64,000 bases of DNA from positions 2,707,799 through 2,771,798 of the forward strand of contig CAXXKS010000001.1 in NCBI GenBank assembly GCA_963663355.2. Direction: 5' to 3'. This DNA is from Alphaproteobacteria bacterium. Its GTDB lineage: Bacteria; Pseudomonadota; Alphaproteobacteria; UBA2966. The notes under the pieces are model-generated. The model saw only the letters and a list, made by a program, of their open reading frames with translations, was not told the DNA's origin and searched no databases. The position numbers were made by a program, and so were the translations under genes. Shown piece by piece: positions 29,523 through 45,081 of the stretch; position 1 is the first letter of the stretch; each line of letters opens with the position of its first letter.

Positions 29523-31457
29523 TCAGAAGCCGAACATGTGGTCGAGGCAAAAGGCGCCGCCGTCGGAAAGCAACCCGTGATAGCCGAAAAGACGGCATGT
29601 CGTATCGCGGACCAGGACGTATGCGCCGTCGCCGGCGCGGCTCAGGGCATCCGCGCCGAACGTCTCGCGGCAGCGCCAGTGCAGGGACCCGCCGCAGGGG
29701 ATCCTGACGGAGACCGTATCCACGATGTCCCCGTTTCCGTCGTGGAGGACGAGCCGCGTGTCCGAGAAGTCCTTCCACGGCCGCGAGGCGGGGTAGATGA
29801 GGTGGCACATGGTCTCGAGACCGTGGCTGCCGACCCTGAGGAAAAGGCGGGTGGACAGTCCGGGAGGGCTGGACGCGTAGGACTGCGGTTCATCCCGATA
29901 CACCATGGGCGTATTGAAGATGTGGGCGCCGAAGCTGGTATCCGCCGCGTGGCCGCCGTCGCGGCGCCGGTAGCGCCCGATGGCATGCAACCAGCCGTCC
30001 GCCTCGCCGCCGTCCCGGAAGTCGTAGAGCAGTTCGACGTGCCCGTACCCGGACGGCAGGTCCGCGCCCTCGTCCCGCATCCACGAGTCGACGTCGACGA
30101 CCGCGCTGTCGCGCCGCGCGATGCGTCCGAGAAATTTCTCGGCGACGCGCTCTCCGGCCGCGTCCGTGAGCACGCACGTGACGGGCAGCTCCCTTTGCGT
30201 GGTCGCCATGGGCGTCGGGAGAGCGAGGCTCCTGAAACCGGACACCGGCAACACCGGAAGGGGCAGGATGTATCCCTTGCCCATGAGGGGCGCGAGGTCC
30301 GGGATTCGCGGATCGGGCTCGAGATCGGTGCGCTCGACATTGGCGTGGGCGATCCGCCGCCGGCCGTCGGGGCCTTCGATCTCGTACCGGGGCCTGATGA
30401 AGTAGCGCCCCGCCCGGACTTCGATCTGGCCGGGCCAGCGCAGGTCGGGAAGGAGGGTGGCGACATCGAGCGCATGGGTGCCGAACGGGGGAATCTCCTT
30501 GTCCAGCCACGCGATATCCGGCGAGCCCATGGCGTTCAGCCCGACCCCTCCCTTGGGTATCGCCAGCGGGTGGCTGTTCTGAATCCAGAGCACGACGCGC
30601 TCGCCCTCGTCCGGGGCCGGCATGCCGCCGTAGAGATCCGCCGGCCAGGCGTTGGCGTCGTGGGTGCAGGAGAGCGTGCCGGCGCCGTCTCCGTGAACGT
30701 CCAGGGCGTACTTGACGACATCGTGTCCGCGAATGCGCAGCGCATGAACGAACAGGGAGCCGCGGAAGTCGTCGAGACCGAACCGGCTTCGAACGTCCGC
30801 GCTGTCGATCGTGATGGTGGAGCACGTGTCCGTCAGCGGTTCGTTCCAGCTCGCCAGCACCGAGCCGGATTCGTCGAACAGGCAGAGCCACAGCTCGGCG
30901 TCCCGCGCGCCGTATCCGGCCCAGTAGTTCGCCGTGCGAACGGACGTGTGCAATTCTCGCGTGTCCCGGAAAAACGCGAAGTTGGTGGCGAAGTTCAGGG
31001 GATCGAGGTACGTGCGGCGATTGCCGAGCCAGTCCTCGGGCAGGCGCATGTCGTCGAGGGAAACGACGCTCATCCCGTCCGGGACGAGATGGCGGACGTG
31101 ATCCAGGAGCCGGTTCGCGTCGAACGCCGCGATCAGGAGCGTCGATGCGGCGCAGCCGGGCAGCTCGGTGACCGGCCGGGCGTCGTGGCCCGCCACGTCG
31201 GAGCCGACCGCGTCCACGTTCTGGACGAAGGCCGCAACGACGTCGCAGCCGTCGAGCGGATAGAGCACCTCGAAATCGGAGGCATGCCCCAGGGGATCGT
31301 AGACGGCGATCGGGCCAGCCCGCCGCAGACGCTCGAGCAACGCCCGACCGCGTTCGGAGGCGCGCGGGTGTCCCAGGGCCTTGAACAGGGTCGTACCGCC
31401 GAAATTGCCGCCGGGGCGCCAGCCCTGGTTCTTGAACGTCTCTATGTTCAGCGGCAT
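29523..31457 (-). CDS. Large hypothetical protein (644 aa)
   Basis: Long ORF with coding-like codon use, overlapping the upstream gene; no family recognised. Confidence 0.8.
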   Translation of the reverse strand: MPLNIETFKNQGWRPGGNFGGTTLFKALGHPRASERGRALLERLRRAGPIAVYDPLGHASDFEVLYPLDGCDVVAAFVQNVDAVGSDVAGHDARPVTELPGCAASTLLIAAFDANRLLDHVRHLVPDGMSVVSLDDMRLPEDWLGNRRTYLDPLNFATNFAFFRDTRELHTSVRTANYWAGYGARDAELWLCLFDESGSVLASWNEPLTDTCSTITIDSADVRSRFGLDDFRGSLFVHALRIRGHDVVKYALDVHGDGAGTLSCTHDANAWPADLYGGMPAPDEGERVVLWIQNSHPLAIPKGGVGLNAMGSPDIAWLDKEIPPFGTHALDVATLLPDLRWPGQIEVRAGRYFIRPRYEIEGPDGRRRIAHANVERTDLEPDPRIPDLAPLMGKGYILPLPVLPVSGFRSLALPTPMATTQRELPVTCVLTDAAGERVAEKFLGRIARRDSAVVDVDSWMRDEGADLPSGYGHVELLYDFRDGGEADGWLHAIGRYRRRDGGHAADTSFGAHIFNTPMVYRDEPQSYASSPPGLSTRLFLRVGSHGLETMCHLIYPASRPWKDFSDTRLVLHDGNGDIVDTVSVRIPCGGSLHWRCRETFGADALSRAGDGAYVLVRDTTCRLFGYHGLLSDGGAFCLDHMFGF

Positions 31458-32527
31458 GCGGCGGGCTCCTGCGCGGCCAATCCTAGTCTCCCGCGAACGG
31501 CCGCGGCAACCGCCGCAGTGTCGTCCAGGGGCGCGTAGCTCCAGCGCTCCAGGCGTCCGTCGAAGGGCCGGGTGATCCCGTCCGCGCGCAGGGAGTCGTG
31601 AAACCTGCGAAAGCGCCGCGAACCGCCGTCGAGGTCGATCACGTAGACCGGCTTTCCCGTGGCGGCCGCCTCGGACACCATGCTGACGGAGTCGCAGGTC
31701 ACGGCGATGGTGTCCGCCAGCCCGAGAAGCCCGAAATAGGGGTTCCGGCCCGTGCCGTCCCAGAAATATGCGCCGCTGCCCGAGAGTTTCCGGCGGAGTT
31801 CGGCGACGTTTTCCGCACCCGTCCGTCGCGACGGCGTTACGGCCAGGCCCACGCCGGTCGACCGTGTCAGTGCGAGCAGTTGATCGGCAAGGCGGCCGGT
31901 CCGCGCGGGGGTCAGCCGGAAGCTGTTGCTGGTGCCGCCCAGCAGCACCGCGACCACGGGACGGGGCAATGCCGCTATCCCGGGCGCGAGGCGCCGAACC
32001 CCTTCGGCGAGTCTCCGCGGGGTAATTCGGTTGAGTGCCCCTCGGGACGCGATGACGTTGGGACCGGACAGTCCGTCGTGCCGGGGCGGCACGACGAGGT
32101 CGAAGTTGCTCAGGCGCGCCCTGGGGTCCTGGATGTGGATCGTGAAGCAGCCGCCCTCGCCGGTGCGCCGAACCGCGATGCTGAAGGGGACGCTACGCCG
32201 TCCGCAGGTAATCAGCAGGCGGGGCCAGGGCGCCTCCAACCGGTCGCTGTTCCCGGCGATCAGGTTCAGGGGACGCGGCCAGAGCTGAACGGGGAGGCGC
32301 GTCCACGGAGCGCGGACCGTTACCCGCTTGACGACGGTGGGCAAGCCGACCGCCTCCGCCAATCCAAGGGCTTGGTTTTCCATGCCGACGGCACCCTCGG
32401 TCACGACCCAGCATACCGGCGCGGGCGGGTCCTCGGTGGCGCGGGATGTCGGACCGGGCACGGGGGACTCCGCAGGGGCAGTTCGCGGCGGGTCAGCGCG
32501 GCGGACGACGGCCGGCTTGTCGCGCAT
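31448..32527 (-). CDS. ELM1/GtrOC1-family (mitochondrial fission ELM1-like) protein
   Basis: G.ENQA.GLAEA, IHIQDP, FDLVV.P.HD, TPSRRT, NPY.G.L, DSVSMVSEA; start uncertain. Confidence 0.88.
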   Translation of the reverse strand: MRDKPAVVRRADPPRTAPAESPVPGPTSRATEDPPAPVCWVVTEGAVGMENQALGLAEAVGLPTVVKRVTVRAPWTRLPVQLWPRPLNLIAGNSDRLEAPWPRLLITCGRRSVPFSIAVRRTGEGGCFTIHIQDPRARLSNFDLVVPPRHDGLSGPNVIASRGALNRITPRRLAEGVRRLAPGIAALPRPVVAVLLGGTSNSFRLTPARTGRLADQLLALTRSTGVGLAVTPSRRTGAENVAELRRKLSGSGAYFWDGTGRNPYFGLLGLADTIAVTCDSVSMVSEAAATGKPVYVIDLDGGSRRFRRFHDSLRADGITRPFDGRLERWSYAPLDDTAAVAAAVRGRLGLAAQEPAACR

Positions 32528-32619
32528 ACGAAACAATATTACCCTTTGAAATAAAGTTGCGCGGCCCGGACGTCGACACCGCCGGGCGGGCGGACGACAG
32601 CGGGAGGTAAGAGGTCGCG

Positions 32620-33111
32620 ATGGCCCGGGTCAAGCTCGACCGCATCGATCGCCATATCCTGCGGACGCTCCAGACGGACGGACGGGTCACCAACGTGAAG
32701 CTGGCGAAGACGGTGGGTATCTCCGCGCCGCCGTGCCTGAGGCGCGTGCGCGCGCTGGAGGCGGCCGGGCACATTCGCGGGTACCATGCCGAGCTGAACG
32801 CGGAGGCCTTGGGGTTCGGCGTTACGGTGTTCGCCCAGGTCGGATTGGAGAGCCAGGCGGAACACGACCTGGCCGCGTTCGAGGAGCTGGTGGCGAGTTG
32901 GCCCATGGTGCGGGAATGCTTCATGCTCGCGGGCGAAGTGGACTTCCTGTTGAGAGTCGTCGCCACCGATTGGGACGCGTATCAAACGTTCCTGACGACG
33001 GAGCTGACGACCGCTCCCAACGTCGCCCATGTGAAGAGCGCCCTGGCGATCCGGCCGTCCAAGTCCGACCCCGGCGTTCCCATCGACCTCGACCTCCCGG
33101 CCGGGTCGTGA
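32620..33111 (+). CDS. Lrp/AsnC-family regulator
   Basis: LDRIDR.IL..LQ.DGR.TN..LA..VG.SAPPCLRRV. Confidence 0.93.
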   Translation: MARVKLDRIDRHILRTLQTDGRVTNVKLAKTVGISAPPCLRRVRALEAAGHIRGYHAELNAEALGFGVTVFAQVGLESQAEHDLAAFEELVASWPMVRECFMLAGEVDFLLRVVATDWDAYQTFLTTELTTAPNVAHVKSALAIRPSKSDPGVPIDLDLPAGS

Positions 33112-33152
33112 CGGCGTCGGTCCGTGCCACCGCGCACCGGCGGAACGGGCGT

Positions 33153-33626
33153 CTATTTGTATTTGACGGTGACGATCTCGTAGTACTTCAGGCCGCCCGG
33201 CGTGTTGACCTCGGCCGTATCGCCCTTGCTCTTGCCGATGATCGCGCGGGCCAGGGGCGAGGTCACGGATAGCAGGCCTTCCTTGATGTCGGCCTCGTCG
33301 GTGCCGACGATCGTGTAGGTCACCCTTTCGTCGGTATCCTCGTCCGCCAGCCGGACGGTCGCTCCGAACTGGACACGGTTTCCCGACAGTGCGCTCACGT
33401 CGATGACGTCCGCGCGCCGCAGCTTGTCCTCAAGCTCCATCACGCGGGTTTCGATGAAGCTTTGACGCTCCTTGGCCGCGTGAAACTCGGCGTTCTCCGA
33501 GAGGTCGCCGTGCTCCCGCGCCGCTTCGAGCGCTTTCACGATCGAGGGCCGCTCGACCGTCTTGAGGCGTTTGAGCTCGTCCTGCAGGCGGTTGTGGCCC
33601 GCCGAGGTCATCGGGACCTTTTCCAT
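33153..33626 (-). CDS. greA: Transcription elongation factor GreA
   Basis: AREHGDLSENAE, SPLARA.IGK. Confidence 0.96.
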   Translation of the reverse strand: MEKVPMTSAGHNRLQDELKRLKTVERPSIVKALEAAREHGDLSENAEFHAAKERQSFIETRVMELEDKLRRADVIDVSALSGNRVQFGATVRLADEDTDERVTYTIVGTDEADIKEGLLSVTSPLARAIIGKSKGDTAEVNTPGGLKYYEIVTVKYK

Positions 33627-33703
33627 GACGTCTCGCTCTGCCCGTTCAAAGCCGGAACAGCGTCACCTCCCGACGGTTTCGCGCTGCCAGTCGGGAATGA
33701 CCC

Positions 33704-36997
<3,294 letters not shown>

Positions 36998-37054
36998 GTG
37001 ACGTCAACCACGGAGACTCGGAGTCACAGAGAAGGTTTCCCGCTCTTCGCGCAG

Positions 37055-37432
37055 CTACAGGATGAGACGCTTTATTCCGTCTTTGATGACGGGGGTCTGG
37101 AAATTCGGCAACAGACCCAAACGAATTCCGCTCAGCTTGAGACAGGTCAGTAGCTGAGCATCGTGGATCGGGTTCAGCCGCTCGACGGTTTTGAGCTCGA
37201 CGACCAGACATTCGTTCACGACGACATCCATTCGATAACCGCACTGGAGACGAACGCCTTTGCAGGTTATCGGCAATTCGACTTGGCGCCGCCACTCCAG
37301 TCCACGCAATGTCAGTTCGTGACACAGACATCGTTCATACGCCGACTCGAGAAGTCCGGGACCGAGCGCTCGATGCACATCTATTGCCGCACCGATGACC
37401 CTGTACGTAAGGGGATCGCCGTTTGCCGACAT
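37055..37432 (-). CDS. GxxExxY protein (PD-(D/E)xK-like)
   Basis: VHRALGPGLLESAYE, YRMD.VV...VVELK, AQLLT.LKL; lower GC than its neighbours. Confidence 0.9.
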   Translation of the reverse strand: MSANGDPLTYRVIGAAIDVHRALGPGLLESAYERCLCHELTLRGLEWRRQVELPITCKGVRLQCGYRMDVVVNECLVVELKTVERLNPIHDAQLLTCLKLSGIRLGLLPNFQTPVIKDGIKRLIL

Positions 37433-37519
37433 GATGTCGACAGATGTGAACCGATCAGACGTGTTTCTTTCGCGGTGCGCGGCATATCGAGAATCCTTCG
37501 AGTCTCCGTGCCTCTGTGG

Positions 37520-38713
37520 TCAACCAACCGGTTCCTCCATCAGCGCCACGAAGCGCTCGAACAGGTGGTGACTGTCCTGGGGTCCGGGCGAGGCCTCGGG
37601 GTGGTACTGGACCGAGAAGACGGGCGCGCCGTCCACGGCGAGGCCTTCCAGCGTGCCGTCGAACAGGGACACGTGGGTCGCCGACACGTCCGGCGGCAAC
37701 GACTCCGCGTCGACGACAAAACCGTGGTTCTGGCTCGTGATCTCCACCTTGCCCGTGGCCAGGTCCTTGACCGGATGATTGGCTCCGCGGTGGCCCAGGT
37801 GCATCTTGCCGGTCTTCGCGCCCAGCGCGAGCGCCAGGATCTGATGCCCGAGACAGATGCCGAAGAGCGGGACTCCCGAGTCCAGCACGCCCCGGACGGA
37901 CGGCACCGCATACGCGCCGGTCGCGGCCGGGTCGCCCGGGCCGTTCGACAGGAACACGCCGTCGGGCTTGCGCTCCAGGATCTCGTCCGCCGCCGCTCGA
38001 GCGGGTACGACGGTGACCGCGCAGCCGAGGGCGGCGAGGCAGCGCAGAATGTTCCGCTTGATGCCGAAGTCGACGGCGACCACGTGAAAGCGCGCGTCCG
38101 CCAATCTTCCGTATCCCCCGGTGTCGGCGCCGCGGCCCGGAGTCCACCGGGTCTCGTCCCACGCATAAGCCTGGGCGCAGGACACCTCCCCGGCCAGGTC
38201 CATGCCTTCCAGCCCCGGCCAGGCCTTCGCGTCCCCGTGCAGCGCCGCGAGGTCGAAGTCGCCGCCCGGCGCGTGGCGAAGAAGCCCGGTGGGCGCCCCG
38301 CCGTCCCGGATGCGGCGCGTGAGGCGGCGCGTGTCCACGCCCGCGATGCCGACGAGGCCGTGGCGCTTCAGCCAGACGTCGAGGCGGGACAGCGCCCGGA
38401 AGTTCGACGGATCCGTGACCGGCGCCTTCAGGACGACCCCGCGGGCGGCGGGGTTCAGCGTCTCGATGTCGTCGTCGTTGGCGCCGACGTTGCCGATGTG
38501 GGGGAAGGTGAAGGCGATGATCTGTCCAGCGTAGGAGGGATCGGACACGATCTCCTGATACCCGGTCATGGAGGTGTTGAAGCAGACCTCCCCCACCGCG
38601 GTGCCAGTGCATCCGAGCCCCTGGCCCCAGAGCACCGAACCGTCGTCCAGCACCAGAACCGCCGCCGCCTCCGCGATATGGGATGTGGCGTCAGTCGAGT
38701 CGGGCCGGGCCAT
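37520..38713 (-). CDS. carA: Carbamoyl-phosphate synthase small subunit
   Basis: GEVCFNT.MTGYQE, LSNGPGDP, GICLGHQ, QYHPEASPGP; start approximate. Confidence 0.97.
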   Translation of the reverse strand: MARPDSTDATSHIAEAAAVLVLDDGSVLWGQGLGCTGTAVGEVCFNTSMTGYQEIVSDPSYAGQIIAFTFPHIGNVGANDDDIETLNPAARGVVLKAPVTDPSNFRALSRLDVWLKRHGLVGIAGVDTRRLTRRIRDGGAPTGLLRHAPGGDFDLAALHGDAKAWPGLEGMDLAGEVSCAQAYAWDETRWTPGRGADTGGYGRLADARFHVVAVDFGIKRNILRCLAALGCAVTVVPARAAADEILERKPDGVFLSNGPGDPAATGAYAVPSVRGVLDSGVPLFGICLGHQILALALGAKTGKMHLGHRGANHPVKDLATGKVEITSQNHGFVVDAESLPPDVSATHVSLFDGTLEGLAVDGAPVFSVQYHPEASPGPQDSHHLFERFVALMEEPVG

Positions 38714-38975
38714 CGATGAGGGTCTATCGCGAACGTCGTGTTGTCGTGCCGCGGCGAGACTCCGAACCGCACCGGCCATGCCGGCCGAACGCTCCGGGGC
38801 GCGGGGCCTGGATGTCAAGCCGGCCAGAACCTACGCAAGAATCGTGCCGTAGTCAACCCTCCCCCGGTATCGATTCTCATTGTGTTTCAACGAGTTAAAC
38901 GGGAAAATGGGTTTTGCCATCCGGGTCCGCGTCAACTAGACTCGGGGCTTCCCGCTGGATCATGCCGGGGTGGGC

Positions 38976-39431
38976 ATGTTACGCGAGCGCCTTTCCGAAT
39001 CGCTCAAGAGCGCGATGAAAGCCAAGGACGCGCGGCGGTCCGCGACCGTGCGGCTGATCCTGGCCGCCTTGAAGGACCGTGACATCGCCGCGCGCGGCTC
39101 CGGCGAGCCGGACGGCCTGAGCGACGACGAGATCCTCAACATGATGCAGACGATGATCCGCCAGAGGCGGGACTCGATCGAGCTGTACAGGAAAGGTCGG
39201 CGCGAGGACCTCGTGGAGCAGGAGGAGAGCGAGATCCGCGTCATCGAGGAGTTCCTGCCCCGGCAGATGTCGGAGGAGGAGGTCTCGGCCGCCGGCCGGG
39301 AGGTGATCGAGGAACTCGGCGCCGGCAGCATCAAGGACATGGGGCGGGTCATGGGAGCGCTCAAGTCCCGCTATGCCGGGCGGATGGATTTCGGCAAGGC
39401 CAGCCGGGTCGTCAAGGCCCTGTTGTCGTAG
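38976..39431 (+). CDS. GatB/YqeY domain protein
   Basis: K.AMKAKD, KDMGRVMG.LK; position between carA and dnaG. Confidence 0.92.
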   Translation: MLRERLSESLKSAMKAKDARRSATVRLILAALKDRDIAARGSGEPDGLSDDEILNMMQTMIRQRRDSIELYRKGRREDLVEQEESEIRVIEEFLPRQMSEEEVSAAGREVIEELGAGSIKDMGRVMGALKSRYAGRMDFGKASRVVKALLS

Positions 39432-39596
39432 GACCGGTCGGCGCGGGCGCGAACTTTCCTCTCGCGGACCGGCGCCCGGCGTATCGCTGTTCGGCCGGAC
39501 GTTGCGCACGGTATAGTTCGGCCGTTGTTTCGGAGCGGCGCCTCGTGAACGCGGGCACGGGGCCGAGAATGGATATGAGAGGCTGATCCCGCGTCG

Positions 39597-41456
39597 ATGG
39601 CATTTCCGGACCACTTTCTCGACGACGTGCGGGCGCGGGTCCCGCTTGCGGACGTCATCGGACGGCACGTGAAGCTCACGCGCCGCGGGCGCGAATGGCT
39701 GGGGCTGTGTCCGTTCCACAATGAAAAGACCCCGTCGTTCACGGTGAACGAGGACAAGGGCTTCTATCATTGCTTCGGATGCCAGGCTCACGGCAGCGTC
39801 TTCGATTTCGTCATGCGGCGCGAGGGGCTCGGCTTTCCCGAGGCGGTGGAGAAGCTTGCCGCCGAAGCGGGGATGCAGGTGCCCACGCGCACGCCCGACG
39901 CCGAGGCGCGGGACCGGGCGCGGACCACGTGGTTCGACGCGATGGCGTCCGCCGCCGACTGGTTCGAGGGGCGGCTCGCGACCGGTTCCGGCCGGGAGGC
40001 GAGGGCGTATCTGAAGAGCCGGGGACTCGCGGAGGAGACGGTCGGGGCGTTTCGTCTGGGGTACGCCCCGAGGAGCCGCACGACGCTCAAGGAAGCATTG
40101 CTGACCAGGAGCTTCACCGAAACGCAGCTCGTCGATTGCGGGCTCCTTGTGGCGCCCGAGGACGGCGGCGAGACGTACGATCGATTCCGCGACCGGATCG
40201 TGTTCCCCATCACGGACGTTCGCGGCCGCGTCGTGGCCTTCGGCGGACGGGCCCTTGGCGAGGCACGGGCCAAATACCTGAACTCGCCGGAGACTCCGCT
40301 CTTCCGGAAAGGCGGCCTGCTCTACAACCTCGCCCATGCGCGCCCGGCGATCAGGGACCAGGGATCGGTCGTCGTCGCGGAAGGCTACATGGACGTCATC
40401 GCGTTGCACCAGGCGGGTTTCGTCAACGCCGTGGCTCCGTTGGGAACGGCACTGACGGAGGACCAGCTCGGCCTGCTGTGGCGCCTCGCGCCCGAACCGG
40501 TCGTATGTTTCGACGGCGACGCGGCGGGGTGGAACGCGGCCGAACGGGCGGCGGACCGCGCGCTGCCGCTCCTGCGCTCGGGGCATTCGCTCCGCTTCGC
40601 CCTGCTGCCGGATGGCGAGGATCCGGACAGCCTCGTGGCGTCGAAGGGCGCGGACGCGTTCCGCCAACTGCTTTCGGACGCCATGCCGCTTTCGGACCTG
40701 TTGTGGCGGATCGCCCTGCGGGACCGGAGTCTCGACACGCCCGAACGGCGCGCCGGCTTCGCCGCGGACATCCGCGCCCTCGTCGGGCGGATCAGGAACC
40801 GGCAGGTCAGGGCGTTCTACGAGCGCCACTATCGCGCGCGGCTGGAGGAGCAGTTCGGCGTGGGCGGGTGGACTGCGGGCACGCGGACGGTGCCTCGGGG
40901 CCGCGGCGGACAGGCGGTGCCCTACGAACGCCGCCTATCACGGCATCACGGACTGGGTCTGGGGAAGGCCGGCACCACCGACCGCCGCGAGCGTGTCCTG
41001 GTCGCCACGGTCGTCGGCCACCCCGACCTTCTGGAGCAGAAGCTGGAGGAGTTCGCGGACATCGAGTTCGGCAACCTTGCGCTTGACAGGTTGCGCAACG
41101 AAATCATAGAGATAATGCGGGGCAGCCCGGATCTTGACAGCGCGACGTTGAAGCGACACCTCTGTGAAAAGGGACTCACGGCGGCGCTGGACGATATCGC
41201 CGAAGCGAAGGTCGTCCCGCTCGCGTCGTTCGTGCGCCCGGACGTGCCGCTGGGAACCGCCAGAGAAGGGTGGGAGAACGCGCTGTCCGTACATCGCCTG
41301 GCCGTGACCTTGCCGGCGGAGAAGAGCACGTACATCGAGGAGTTTGACTTCACCGACGAGGGGTTCAACCGGCTGAAGGCGTTTCTTGGCGAGGCGGAGC
41401 GAAGCGGCACGGCGGAAACGGGTGCCGCGGACTCGGCGGGCACCGGATCGTCCTGA
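39597..41456 (+). CDS. dnaG: DNA primase
   Basis: CPFHNEKTPSF...CFGC zinc finger, FGGR, KYLNSPET, EGYMD, FDGD.AG, DPD. Confidence 0.97.
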   Translation: MAFPDHFLDDVRARVPLADVIGRHVKLTRRGREWLGLCPFHNEKTPSFTVNEDKGFYHCFGCQAHGSVFDFVMRREGLGFPEAVEKLAAEAGMQVPTRTPDAEARDRARTTWFDAMASAADWFEGRLATGSGREARAYLKSRGLAEETVGAFRLGYAPRSRTTLKEALLTRSFTETQLVDCGLLVAPEDGGETYDRFRDRIVFPITDVRGRVVAFGGRALGEARAKYLNSPETPLFRKGGLLYNLAHARPAIRDQGSVVVAEGYMDVIALHQAGFVNAVAPLGTALTEDQLGLLWRLAPEPVVCFDGDAAGWNAAERAADRALPLLRSGHSLRFALLPDGEDPDSLVASKGADAFRQLLSDAMPLSDLLWRIALRDRSLDTPERRAGFAADIRALVGRIRNRQVRAFYERHYRARLEEQFGVGGWTAGTRTVPRGRGGQAVPYERRLSRHHGLGLGKAGTTDRRERVLVATVVGHPDLLEQKLEEFADIEFGNLALDRLRNEIIEIMRGSPDLDSATLKRHLCEKGLTAALDDIAEAKVVPLASFVRPDVPLGTAREGWENALSVHRLAVTLPAEKSTYIEEFDFTDEGFNRLKAFLGEAERSGTAETGAADSAGTGSS

Positions 41457-41522
41457 GAGACGGATCCGCGTGTCCGGAACCCGTGCCGGGCGCGCGACGG
41501 CGGCGCAGCGGCATCAACGATC

Positions 41523-43478
<1,956 letters not shown>

Positions 43479-43494
43479 GTCCCGACGCCTTCGG

Positions 43495-43571
43495 GGGCCC
43501 GTAGCTCAATTGGTCAGAGCCGGCCGCTCATAACGGTCTGGGTGCAGGTTCGAGTCCTGCCGGGCCCACCA
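43495..43571 (+). tRNA. tRNA with CAT anticodon, probably tRNA-Ile2 (lysidine type)
   Basis: GGGCCCG acceptor stem, TAGCTCAATTGG D-arm, CTCATAA anticodon loop, GGTTCGAGTCC T-arm, encoded CCA; directly after rpoD. Confidence 0.93.
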
Positions 43572-43809
43572 GCCTCCGCCCGAACGGGCAACGGCTCGGG
43601 CGGACAGGAAGAGGGTGTCCTCTCATGTTCTCCGATGCGAACCGGCAACGGCGCCGCCGGTGACAATGGGCCTCGCCTCGAAAGTGGCGCGTATCAATTC
43701 CATGCAGGTACAATAGGGAGTTGTAGTCGGTTCGGTGGGAGGGCCAGACTGGGGCGGTTGCCGATTTTGGTGGCCTTCGGCGTAGCCTCTATCGAGAGAT
43801 CGCGTAAGA

Positions 43810-45081
43810 ATGTTCGTCAAACTCCAGGCCGAACACTACAAGAGCCTCTCGCATGTCGAAGTCGCCCTTGAGCCGGTCACGGTGTTGGTCGGTCCCAACG
43901 CGACCGGCAAGAGCAACGTGATCGACGTTCTGAAGTTCCTACGGCAGGCGCTGGCATACGATCTCGACCGAGCCGTGTCGGAGCGTCACGGAATCGCCAG
44001 TCTCCGTCAGTGGTCGCCGTACCGACCCTACAACGTGACGGTCGGAATTGTCGTCCGGTCGAGCGAAGGTTCGGGACAATATTCGTTCACGCTGGGTTCT
44101 TCGGGTGGACATTTCAACGTCATCAGAGAAGAGGGCGAATGGCGTGGTGACGCACTCGTCGGCCCTGGTGACTTTTCTGAAGACGATCTTGCAAAGCTTG
44201 TTGACGATTACGATGTACGCCATAGCGGCTATTTTGACGTGTCAAGAACGACGAGATTTGTTCGCGAACCCGGTAGGTCTGATGGCTTGAGAATAGAGCA
44301 AGACTATGGACAGTTTAATTTCATTTCAGGAGACGAATCGATTTCAATCGGAAGAGACGAACTGTATCTGACTCACCAACGTGGTTATGTTCTTGGTGTT
44401 GGTGAGGATCTGCAGTATCTCCGAAATGCAATCGTGGATTTTGAAGCTTATTCTATATTCCCGAATACCCTGAGAACCCCTCAAACACCGACGAACGACA
44501 CACGACTGGATGCGAACGGCAGTAATTTGACATCTGTCTACAGGGCTTTGAACAAGACCCAGGCAGGACGGCGGTCCAAGTCAAGGATCCTCGAGGCTAT
44601 GCGTATCGTGATGCCCGAACTCGAAACAATCAACGTACAAAGCGTCGGAGGGTTGATGGTTCCGATGTTTCGGGTTCGAGGTCGCGGTCCCGACGGAAGG
44701 GTGCACGATTTCAATGTGTCTCAGGTGTCTGACGGAACGTTGAGGATGTTCGGTATTCTGACGGCGCTCTTTCAGCCAGACAAGCCGTCGGTCGTCGCGC
44801 TGGAGGAACCCGAGCAAACGGTAAACCCGGGGATTTTGGGTCTGTTGTCGGACGCCATACGTAGTGTGAAATCGCAATCTTCCCAACTGGTAGTTAGTAC
44901 TCATAGTCCCGATCTCATCGATGAATTCAGCTCCGAAGAAATCAGGGCGGTCCAATACTCGGACGAATCGACAATAGTCGGGTCTATCGAAGACGCGCAA
45001 AGGGCGGTTCTTCGAGATAGGTTGTTCACCGCCGGTGAACTCATGAGGATCGAGGGACTTCGCCCTTCGGATGGCAGTTGA
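43810..45081 (+). CDS. AAA_21/ABC-type ATPase
   Basis: Walker A GPNATGKS, signature SDGTLR, Walker B ALEEPE, STHS; visibly lower GC. Confidence 0.88.
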   Translation: MFVKLQAEHYKSLSHVEVALEPVTVLVGPNATGKSNVIDVLKFLRQALAYDLDRAVSERHGIASLRQWSPYRPYNVTVGIVVRSSEGSGQYSFTLGSSGGHFNVIREEGEWRGDALVGPGDFSEDDLAKLVDDYDVRHSGYFDVSRTTRFVREPGRSDGLRIEQDYGQFNFISGDESISIGRDELYLTHQRGYVLGVGEDLQYLRNAIVDFEAYSIFPNTLRTPQTPTNDTRLDANGSNLTSVYRALNKTQAGRRSKSRILEAMRIVMPELETINVQSVGGLMVPMFRVRGRGPDGRVHDFNVSQVSDGTLRMFGILTALFQPDKPSVVALEEPEQTVNPGILGLLSDAIRSVKSQSSQLVVSTHSPDLIDEFSSEEIRAVQYSDESTIVGSIEDAQRAVLRDRLFTAGELMRIEGLRPSDGS

